A stretch of DNA of 64,000 nucleotides, from assembly GCA_963847785.1 (NCBI GenBank), contig CAWKBE010000010.1, forward strand, positions 66,831 to 130,830. Reading direction: 5' to 3'. A program made the position numbers and the translations under genes. The number at the start of each line of letters is the position of its first letter. The stretch's first letter is position 1. Source of the stretch: an uncultured Alphaproteobacteria bacterium. Its GTDB lineage: Bacteria > Pseudomonadota > Alphaproteobacteria > Rhizobiales > Xanthobacteraceae. The notes under the pieces are model-generated. The model saw only the letters and a list, made by a program, of their open reading frames with translations, was not told the origin of the DNA and did not search any database. Below, in pieces: positions 57,325-64,000 of this stretch.

Positions 57325-57972
57325 ATGTCAACTAATGAAGAAGCTATGCCTTGGGCCTTAACCGAGGTTCAATCTAAAGCAATAACGGATCGTCAGATCG
57401 CGAAAGCACTCGCAAAGTTTGCCGAAGATGACGGTGGTGGTCCCGGTGGACCGTTGCTCAAGTTCAAGAAGGACGAACATTTTATTCTCGGCGCCGACAA
57501 GATTGCGGAGGGCACCGAGTACATTGCCCATCCGCAAGAAGTCCGTAAGGGCTGGAGTAAGTTCGAGAACAAAAAGCTCGTCGACGAAAAGACCGGCAAG
57601 CCGGTTCTCGGGTTTGTCGTTCCCGAGCGCGAGGAGTTGGGCGATCTCGACCCCAAGAAATGGCCGAAGAACGACGCGGGCCAACCTGCTGATCCGTGGG
57701 TGAAGCAGTCGTTCTTGCCATTGGAAAACGTTACGACCGGACAACTGGTTGTGTTCGTGACGAGTTCCCATGGCGCTCGCAGTGCGATCGCGACCTTGTG
57801 CGGAGCGGCCGCGCGGAATGTCCATCGCGGCAATCCGCGCATTCGCCTTCGCGTCGGTTCCTACAAACACTCGAAATTCGGGCGTGTTCAGGTGCCGGAA
57901 TTCACGGTGATTGGTTGGGACGATCCGCCCATCTCTGCGGACGAGCCGTTCAACGACCAATTGTCTCTGTAA
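57325..57972 (+). CDS. hypothetical protein (positional candidate for a phage ssDNA-binding protein)
   Basis: 215 aa, coding-like, with an acidic/aromatic C-terminal tail ISADEPFNDQLSL. Lies between RNAP and DNAP where T7-like phages carry gp2.5. No motif-level support. Confidence 0.5.
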   Translation: MSTNEEAMPWALTEVQSKAITDRQIAKALAKFAEDDGGGPGGPLLKFKKDEHFILGADKIAEGTEYIAHPQEVRKGWSKFENKKLVDEKTGKPVLGFVVPEREELGDLDPKKWPKNDAGQPADPWVKQSFLPLENVTTGQLVVFVTSSHGARSAIATLCGAAARNVHRGNPRIRLRVGSYKHSKFGRVQVPEFTVIGWDDPPISADEPFNDQLSL

Positions 57973-58006
57973 CTAACTAATCTATCTTTGTTCAACAGCG
58001 TGCGCG

Positions 58007-58025
58007 GGGAGTTTAGGAAACTCCC
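58007..58025 (+). terminator. short stem-loop after ORF 57325-57972
   Basis: GGGAGTTT-AGG-AAACTCCC, preceded by the all-frame stop string TAACTAACTAA (57970-57980). Confidence 0.35.
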
Positions 58026-58052
58026 TTCGCCGCCAACCATGTGAGCTTTGAA

Positions 58053-58661
58053 ATGTCGATAATTACCTCAACATCCTCATCCACCGCAGCGCCGATTAAC
58101 GTATTCGATTTCGAGGCGATCAGATTACCGCCGAACTTTGAACGCGAAGCCGGTGTGCGCAAGCAACTCACGCTGGTGCGGGTCCGCCAGCCGCGAAAGC
58201 AGGAATGGGTTCGAGTTCATCCGGAGCATCGCGCCGAAGTGGCCACGATTGTCTTCAAGGAGAACGAAGAAGCCAAGCCGGAGATCTACCTGGTCGCACC
58301 GGACGTCGCGATGCAACTGAGCGACGAAATTACCTATCAGACGATTTACCTCGCAATCAATCGGCAGGGTGAACCGTTCCTCTGGCCATGCCGCAAACCG
58401 AAATTAGAAAGCCGAAGCGGCGATATCGCTGCGACGTCAAGGATCGAAGCCGCCGAGACGGCCATGACGCGCCAAGTGCGGGTGCAGTGGCGATCGCCGG
58501 CTTTCGAGATGTCATTCCGCGATGGCCACATCCCCGATGTCGATCCGATTTGGCCAGACAAGCCTTTCGGTGAGCTGGTCGAGATCGCGTTTCATCGTAC
58601 CGGAATGTTCATCCACGACCCTAATCATCAGGTGATCAAGATTTTGCAGGGGAGAAACTAA
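58053..58661 (+). CDS. hypothetical protein
   Basis: About 202 aa (ATG 58053; GTG 58041 possible). Its stop is 1 nt before the DNAP start. No recognisable domain. Confidence 0.5.
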   Translation: MSIITSTSSSTAAPINVFDFEAIRLPPNFEREAGVRKQLTLVRVRQPRKQEWVRVHPEHRAEVATIVFKENEEAKPEIYLVAPDVAMQLSDEITYQTIYLAINRQGEPFLWPCRKPKLESRSGDIAATSRIEAAETAMTRQVRVQWRSPAFEMSFRDGHIPDVDPIWPDKPFGELVEIAFHRTGMFIHDPNHQVIKILQGRN

Positions 58662-58662
58662 T

Positions 58663-60390
58663 ATGATTCTCCCTTACAAACACATCATTGCAGTCGACTT
58701 CGAGTTTGAATTTGGCGGCCATGAAGGCAATCCGCCGCGACCGGTCTGCATGGTCGCGAAGGAGCTACGTACGGGCCAAGAATGGCGGGTGTAGCGCGGG
58801 GACTTCGGGCCCTCGCCTCCGTTCCCTACCGGGCCGGACAGCTTGTTTGTAGCGTACTACGCTAGCGCGGAGTTAGGTTGCTTCCACGCACTCGGCTGGC
58901 AACCGCCGGCGAACGTGCTCGATCTCTTCACCGAATTCCGGGCACGCACTAATGGCACCGATTGGCTGGAGGGCCGCAGTCTGATCGCCGCCCTACAGTA
59001 TTTTAACGTCGACGGCATCGGCGCCACCGAGAAGCAAGGCATGCGCGAGCTAGTCCTTAGAGGGCCACCATGGACCGAACAGCAGCGCGCCGACATTCTG
59101 GATTACTGCGCCAGCGATGTTTACGCTCTCGAACGTCTACTGCCGCGGATGCTGCCCGAGATTGATCTGCCCCGTGCGCTCCAGCGTGGGCGCTATATGC
59201 GAGCGGCGGCGGCGATGGAATATGCCGGCGTGCCGATCGACGTCGATACGCTTAAGGAGCTACGCGATCATTGGGAGGATATAAAGGAACAACTGATCGC
59301 CGATGTTGATCGGGACTACGGCGTGTTCGACGGTACCACTTTTAAGACGACGCTATTCGAGGAATATCTAATAAGACAGGGCATCCCGTGGCCGCGATTG
59401 CCGTCTGGGCGTTTAGCTCTTGACCGCGACACCTTCAAAGAAATGGGCCGCGGCTATCCAATCATCGGCCCATTAAGGGAGCTAAAGCATGCGCTGAGCG
59501 AAATGCGATTGAACGCACTCCAAGTCGGCGAGGATGGCAGGAATCGGTGTTTGCTCAGCGCGTTTGGCACAAAGACTGGAAGAAATAGTCCGAGCAATAC
59601 GAAATTCATTTTTGGTCCCAGCGTATGGCTGCGTGGGTTGGTTAAACCGGAGCTCGGGCACGCAGTCGCCTATATCGATTGGAGTTCACAAGAGGTCGGC
59701 ATCGCCGCGGCGGTGTCTGGCGATTTGGCGATGCAATCCGATTACCAAAGCGGCGATGTTTATCTCGCGTTCGGTAAGAGTGCCGGAATCCTGCCACTGG
59801 ATGCCACCAAGGAGTCACATGGCGCGCAACGTGATGCATTAAAGGCGTGCGTACTGGGGCTTCAATACGGCATGGGCGAGGAAACATTGGCGGAACGGAT
59901 CGGCAAGCCGCGCATCGTTGCCCGCGAATTAATACGCGCGCATCAGCAGCGTTACCGGAAATTCTGGGACATGGCTGACAGCGTGATTTCGATCGCGATG
60001 GATCACCGTCCCGTGCAGACGGTAGGCGGTTGGCCCCTACAGGTCTGCTCTGATCCGAGCCCGAACTCGGTGATGAATTTTCCCATGCAAGCCAATGGTG
60101 CCGAGATGCTCCGGCTGGCCTGCTCCATGGCGACAGAGCGCGGTGTCGAGGTGCATGCCCCCGTCCACGACGCGGTGCTGATCGGCAGTTCGATTGAGCA
60201 CATTGATCGCGACGTCGAGGCCATGCGCGGGATTATGGAGGAGGCGTCCCGGCTGGTATTGGGCGGCTTCACCATTCCGACCGAAGCCAAGATCATCCGC
60301 TATCCCGATCGCTACATGGACAAGCGCGGTGTGGTGATGTGGGAGCGCGTGATGCGGTTACTTGCCGATCTGCGCAAGGCGGTGGCGTGA
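58663..60390 (+). pseudogene. family-A DNA polymerase with 3'-5' exonuclease domain, interrupted by one in-frame amber codon (58792-58794)
   Basis: ATG 58663 MILPYKHIIAVDFEFEFGG (Exo I) ...QEWRV-TAG-RGDFG...FVAYYASAELGCF (Exo II), YCASDVYAL (Exo III). Pol motif A AYIDWSSQEVGIAA, motif B RDALKACVLGLQYGMG, motif C VHAPVHDAVL. Same frame on both sides of the TAG. Confidence 0.85.
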
Positions 60391-60770
60391 TGGCCGCAGA
60401 TTGGGAAATCACGCCGGACATGGCGAAGGATATCCGGCGGAGCCGCCGACCTAAGCACAAGGAGGAGCTGTTTGCGAAGCTATGGCGCTGGCATTTGCAC
60501 TTGTTGCTAGAGAAGCGCGCCGGCGGCCGGATGCTTCGGCTTTTCCTTGTGCTTGTGGATGAGGACTTCAATCATTTCGGAAAGCCGTTCACGGTCACTA
60601 CCGATATGGCCGAGAGGGCGGGCGTGGATCGCCACTTGAAGGCAAAAATCCTGCTCGCCTTAGAGCAGTGGGGTCTCATTTTTCTAGAGCGTCTGGGGGC
60701 TCCCAAGAACCCGAGAGTGTCCCTGCGACAACGGGAAGGGAGGGGGCAAAACCCGTTTCAATGTGGATGA
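60390..60770 (+). CDS. hypothetical protein, possibly winged-helix DNA-binding
   Basis: 126 aa. Its ATG overlaps the DNAP stop (TGATG). TTDMAERAGVDRHLKAKILLALEQWGLIFLER looks wHTH-like. It precedes the iteron-like repeats. Confidence 0.45.
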   Translation: MAADWEITPDMAKDIRRSRRPKHKEELFAKLWRWHLHLLLEKRAGGRMLRLFLVLVDEDFNHFGKPFTVTTDMAERAGVDRHLKAKILLALEQWGLIFLERLGAPKNPRVSLRQREGRGQNPFQCG

Positions 60771-60783
60771 AACAACACCAGTA

Positions 60784-60850
60784 ATGTGGTCATTCCAAAC
60801 CACCTATGTGGTCATTCCAAACCACCTATGTGGTCGAAACACTACCACCC
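60784..60850 (+). repeat. tandem direct repeats (2 perfect 22-bp units + 1 degenerate unit), iteron-like
   Basis: ATGTGGTCATTCCAAACCACCT at 60784-60805 and 60806-60827, then ATGTGGTCGAAACACTACCACCC at 60828-60850. Confidence 0.9.
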
Positions 60851-60914
60851 GTAAGAGGTGGTTCCGGTTGTCTGAACAGATTTTCCGCGTCGATAAGTGG
60901 AGTCTCTGCCGGGG

Positions 60915-61742
60915 TTAGGCTGCCAAGCGGACTGGCAGTTCGTTGAAGTAGGCTTGATCGGGTGTGGTGCCGTCAAGGCTCGAATGCGGTCTCCGGCCGT
61001 TGTAGAAGTCCAGGTATTTGCCGATAGAAGAGCGGGCCTCGCTGACACTGTCGTAGGCCTTCAGATACACCTCCTCATATTTGACGCTGCGCCACAGCCG
61101 CTCGACGAAGACGTTGTCTCGCCAAGCTCCTTTCCCGTCCATGCTGATCGCAATGTCGTTGTTGGCGAGCACGCCGGTGAACGCCGAGCCCGTGAACTGC
61201 GAACCCTGATCGGTATTGAAGATGTCCGGCTTGCCGTGACGAGCCAGAGCATCCTCCAGCGTCTCGACGCAGAATGCCGCCTCCATCGTGATCGACAGCC
61301 GCCATGACAGCACGCGACGGCTGAACCAGTCGAGCACCACGGCCAGGTAGACGAAGCCCCGCGCCATCGGGATGTAGGTGATGTCCATCGCCCACACCTG
61401 GTTCGGCCGCGTGACCGCCGTGGCGCGCAACAGATACGGATAGATCTTGTGGCCGGGCCCGGGCTTCGTGGTGCGCGGACGGCGATAGAGCGCCTCTATC
61501 CCCATCCGTTTCATCAGCGTTTTGACATGCCGACGGCCGATCTTGCACCCCTCAGCGACCAGCAAGCCTCTCAACATCCGCGAGCCGGCGAAAGGGGACT
61601 CCAAATGCAGCCGGTCGAGACGCCGCATGATTGCGAGGTCGGCTTCCGGTACTGGGCGCGGCAGGTAGTAGACGCTGCCACGGCTGATGCACAGAACGTC
61701 CGCCTGCTTGGTGATCGGCAAATTGTGCTCACGGTCGATCAT
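60915..61742 (-). CDS. IS3-family transposase OrfB (DDE integrase-like catalytic domain)
   Basis: WAMDITYI (D), FNTDQGSQFTG (D), DNVFVERLWRSVKYEE (E), and RPHSSLDGTTP. Confidence 0.92.
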   Translation of the reverse strand: MIDREHNLPITKQADVLCISRGSVYYLPRPVPEADLAIMRRLDRLHLESPFAGSRMLRGLLVAEGCKIGRRHVKTLMKRMGIEALYRRPRTTKPGPGHKIYPYLLRATAVTRPNQVWAMDITYIPMARGFVYLAVVLDWFSRRVLSWRLSITMEAAFCVETLEDALARHGKPDIFNTDQGSQFTGSAFTGVLANNDIAISMDGKGAWRDNVFVERLWRSVKYEEVYLKAYDSVSEARSSIGKYLDFYNGRRPHSSLDGTTPDQAYFNELPVRLAA

Positions 61743-62050
61743 CGCTTTGCGCTCAGCAATCCCGCCTTGCTGAGCGCTCCTTCCAAAAAATCGTTCTCCA
61801 GCGTCAGCGCTCCGATCTTGGCGTGCAACGACTTCACGTCAACGGCCGGTTGCGCTGCTCCGTTGCCGCCGCCGGGACCAAAAACATCGGCAGCCCCACC
61901 CTCAAGCTGCGCCTTCCACGATGTGATCTGGTTGGGGTGGACGTCGAACTGCTCTGCCAGCTGAGTCAATGTTCGATCGCCCTTGACGGCGGCAAGCGCC
62001 ACCTTTGCTTTGAAGGCCGGTGTGTGGTTCCGGCGCGGTCGTCTTGTCAT
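61739..62050 (-). CDS. IS3-family transposase OrfA (HTH)
   Basis: MTRRPRRNHTPAFKAKVALAAVKGDRTLTQLAEQFDVHPNQITSWKAQL. ATG 62050 chosen over the track start at 62104. Confidence 0.9.
   Translation of the reverse strand: MTRRPRRNHTPAFKAKVALAAVKGDRTLTQLAEQFDVHPNQITSWKAQLEGGAADVFGPGGGNGAAQPAVDVKSLHAKIGALTLENDFLEGALSKAGLLSAKR
61749..61790 (-). promoter_or_regulatory. programmed -1 ribosomal frameshift signal of the IS (slippery T TTT TTG + hairpin)
   Basis: On the minus strand, GAT TTT TTG is followed 6 nt later by GCGCTCAGCAA-GGCGGGA-TTGCTGAGCGC (perfect 11-bp stem, 61749-61777). The -1 frame reads without stops into the OrfB ATG (..FFGRSAQQGGIAERKAMIDREH). Confidence 0.7.
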
Positions 62051-62334
62051 GGTCTCTCCTGATTCGCGGCGCACAGCGTGCCCGCCGTCAGGCAGAAACT
62101 CCACTTAGCGTCTTGTGCAGATTTCCGAGGCCACCTCTGTATCCCTGTCTTATGTCTTGGGTCTTAGCTTATGTCTTTTGTCAAACAAACCGCGCGGCGA
62201 AGTGCGCTGGCTTACTGCTTCCAGAATTCTTATTGGACCACCCGCGAGACGAACCGCCGGGCTACTCACGACCGCGGGATCAAGCCCGGCGGCATTCGGG
62301 ATCGGGCGCGCCGGCGAATAAGCAGGAGGCGCCC

Positions 62335-62775
62335 GTGAACGTCATCGAGGCCTACAGGCTGCGAATGCGCCTCGTGGCTGCCGGCCACATCCCAGCCCCG
62401 ATGCACAATGGCAGGGCCGTGGAGATCCCGCACCAGATGCCCGGCAAATCCTGTGTGCGCGGCTGGGCGACGCTGCATGAGAACGCCACCGAGACCGGCA
62501 TTGTTGATCTTGAGACGCGCCGGGTGACCTTGGTTACCGCAGTACCCGCATCTGCGGCCGAACTACAGGCCATGCGCGCCATCCGGCAGCGGACCAAGAA
62601 CCAGCAGAGGCTGGAGGCCCGGCGCCGGCAAAAAGGCATTCCTGAGCGCGCTGCGTGGCTCCAAGCCCATAGCCAGGACCGGGGCGAACCTTGGAAGAAA
62701 CTCAATATGAGCCGACCCAAATGGTATCGGCTGGGGAAGCCGGATCCGGGTGAGACGGGTGCAACCACACTCTAA
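62335..62775 (+). CDS. hypothetical protein
   Basis: 146 aa from GTG 62335 preceded by AGGAGG. The C-terminal ...PWKKLNMSRPKWYRLGKPDPGETGATTL resembles tails seen in Rhizobiales prophage/island proteins. The track start at 62020 lies inside the IS. Confidence 0.5.
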   Translation: MNVIEAYRLRMRLVAAGHIPAPMHNGRAVEIPHQMPGKSCVRGWATLHENATETGIVDLETRRVTLVTAVPASAAELQAMRAIRQRTKNQQRLEARRRQKGIPERAAWLQAHSQDRGEPWKKLNMSRPKWYRLGKPDPGETGATTL

Positions 62776-62822
62776 ATACCCCGCCCCGCCCTCCCTAGAC
62801 AGCCTGTTCAAACCACCAAAAC

Positions 62823-62838
62823 AGTTTCCAAGGAAACT
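62823..62838. promoter_or_regulatory. palindromic operator-like site
   Basis: AGTTTCC-AA-GGAAACT (7-bp arms), 6 bp upstream of ATG 62844. Confidence 0.35.
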
Positions 62839-62843
62839 ATTAC

Positions 62844-63338
62844 ATGGCACGAGATGAAAACGCGGTGATCATCCGCAGTGCGTTGAGGTTCTTGTATGGA
62901 CCTGCCCGCCGATCTGGCGGCCGGACGCCGTATCGATCACACCGCGCGCGAGAAACGGCGCTGAAACATCGGCCGTGGGAGCGCGGCAGAATTGGCGCCA
63001 TTGAACAGGCCGTGCATCGGGAGCTGGTATTGCACGGGGATATGCTAACCGGCGCGCTGGCGAGGGCGGTTTACATCGAGCGGTGGAGGGCTCCAGGCGA
63101 GCCGGCACCCACACTAAAACCATGGATGCGGGACCGCATAAAGATTGCCGCGCGCACCTTTGCGGATCCCGTCGCCCGATCGCGCGGCCCCGGCAGACCC
63201 TGGCTCTGGCGACTTCGATCGGATCAGAATTATTTCCATGAGGTCCGCAAGCGTAAGGGTGAGCGTGACACAGCCTGCCGCGAGGAAATTCGTAGCCGGA
63301 CGCAACAAGCACGCAACACGGCTTTAAAATCCGATTAA
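62844..63338 (+). CDS. hypothetical protein
   Basis: 164 aa, Arg-rich, no recognisable domain. Followed by hairpin GGTGTT-GCAG-AACACC. Confidence 0.45.
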   Translation: MARDENAVIIRSALRFLYGPARRSGGRTPYRSHRARETALKHRPWERGRIGAIEQAVHRELVLHGDMLTGALARAVYIERWRAPGEPAPTLKPWMRDRIKIAARTFADPVARSRGPGRPWLWRLRSDQNYFHEVRKRKGERDTACREEIRSRTQQARNTALKSD

Positions 63339-63576
63339 TTTCAAGGTGTTGCAGAACACCACTGGATACTAAATCCCGTTACTAGCGATCGTGTGTGTCC
63401 GAATCCACGGTTTTGGGCTCGAGCGGCTCAGGGTAACCAGAACGCGGGGAATGGTCCCGAAACCCTTATTTTACGGGCCCCAAAACCAGCCCTTTAGAGC
63501 TGACAATACCTCTTGCCGATTTTAACGCACATGGACCCCGTCCCTGGGGGTCTGGCGCCATTCAAGGAAAATATAG

Positions 63577-63798
63577 ATGTCTATCGACAGTAAGAATTTG
63601 GTCTGGGACGGCCTCGAGCTGCGCCTAGGCACCCAGCGCGGCCGGATCGTCGCCACCGTCATTTCCGACGCCAAATGGCCCGGCATGTGGCGGGTTCAAA
63701 TCGACGGCAAGCTCACCGATGTGGTTAATATAACGCGTGCCAAGGATGCGGCGATCGCGCTCGCGCTTGCCGATCTGAAGCAACGTAGGGCGGCGTAG
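63577..63798 (+). CDS. hypothetical small protein
   Basis: 73 aa. The motif AKWPGMWRVQIDGKLTDVVNITRAKDAA resembles small proteins I recall from Rhizobiales mobile regions. AAGGAAAA RBS-like sequence upstream. Confidence 0.5.
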   Translation: MSIDSKNLVWDGLELRLGTQRGRIVATVISDAKWPGMWRVQIDGKLTDVVNITRAKDAAIALALADLKQRRAA

Positions 63799-64000
63799 GA
63801 TAGCAGTCGATCGCCTGACAGACCAACCTATACCGCAACCTTTCAACCCCTGCCGGGTGTCGATGGCATAAAGGCGATCCGGACTCTTATTGAAAGCAGC
63901 CCAACGTCACTATCGCCTACGCTGCGTGTCGGTTGTCGAGACACCATCAGCCCAATCCACGTCAACTTGAAGTAGTCGCCTACGGCATGATTGATCGACG

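Larger units (their letters stand above)
60854..62138 (-). mobile_element. IS3-family insertion sequence (orfA/orfB with -1 frameshift signal), apparently intact
   Basis: Imperfect terminal inverted repeats AGAGGTGGTTCCGGTTGTCTGAACA... / ...TGTGCAGATTTCCGAGGCCACCTCT, flanked by the 3-bp direct repeat GTA (60851-60853 and 62139-62141). About 1285 bp. Boundaries were read by eye. Confidence 0.8.
49650..64000 (+). mobile_element. integrated mobile element (T7-like prophage remnant or novel integrative replicon); right end beyond window
   Basis: Integrase at the left edge, an Xis-like gene, and co-directional overlapping ORFs. Own RNAP and DNAP, lower GC than the flanking core, an IS insertion, and decayed host genes at the junction. 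Confidence 0.85.

Noticed and set aside
60784-60850. Tandem 22-bp repeats as a possible CRISPR array
   Set aside because: The units are contiguous with no spacers. There are only 2.5 copies and no cas genes or leader, so the architecture is iteron-like, not CRISPR.
60841-60855. ACTACCACCCGTAAG resembling the cyanophage Syn5 RNAP promoter core (..GGGCACCCGTAA, from memory)
   Set aside because: Only a 9-nt identity (CACCCGTAA), which is about what chance predicts in 2 x 64 kb. It occurs once and part of it is the IS target duplication. Not claimed as a promoter.
62020-62334. N-terminal 105 codons of the 251-aa track ORF 62020-62775
   Set aside because: This part runs through the IS3 right end and the repeat-rich spacer. 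A GTG at 62335 with an AGGAGG RBS gives a sensible start outside the IS.

Overview
High-GC alphaproteobacterial chromosome segment. Gene content, tlpA-argH-lysA synteny and the intergenic repeats suggest a Bradyrhizobium/Rhodopseudomonas/Afipia-like organism, but the taxon is inference. Bases 1-47000 are core genome: carB (3' part), greA, trxB, a LysR regulator, msrB, a GGT-family hydrolase, an MCP, an EPS-type GNAT plus flippase pair, the TIGR02302-type low-complexity membrane protein, lysA, argH, tlpA, a PQQ alcohol dehydrogenase with a dihaem cytochrome c, an ArsR-led stress/detox cluster and hbd-etfBA. It also holds a dispersed ethylmalonyl-CoA pathway set (long ACAD/probable mcd, ccr, ecm, PduO-type adenosyltransferase), gluQ and an AlkA-like glycosylase. 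The core is peppered with REP/MITE-like repeats and an unusual number of decayed genes: a class III cyclase fragment, an SDR, two tandem GT87-like genes and an E2-like acyltransferase. 47.2-49.5 kb is a belt of gene remnants (OprB porin, cupredoxin, DUF4142, ECF sigma). From about 49.65 kb to the window end lies an integrated, visibly less GC-rich, unidirectionally organised mobile element. It encodes a tyrosine integrase, an Xis-like HTH, a Top6A/Spo11-like (5Y-CAP + Toprim) protein, a T7-type single-subunit RNA polymerase carrying an AT-hook, and an exo+ family-A DNA polymerase interrupted by one amber codon. It also has an iteron-like repeat region split by an apparently intact IS3-family element, plus many unknown ORFs. 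No rRNA, tRNA or CRISPR array was recognised. All homology statements come from reading motifs by eye and from memory of protein families, not from database searches.
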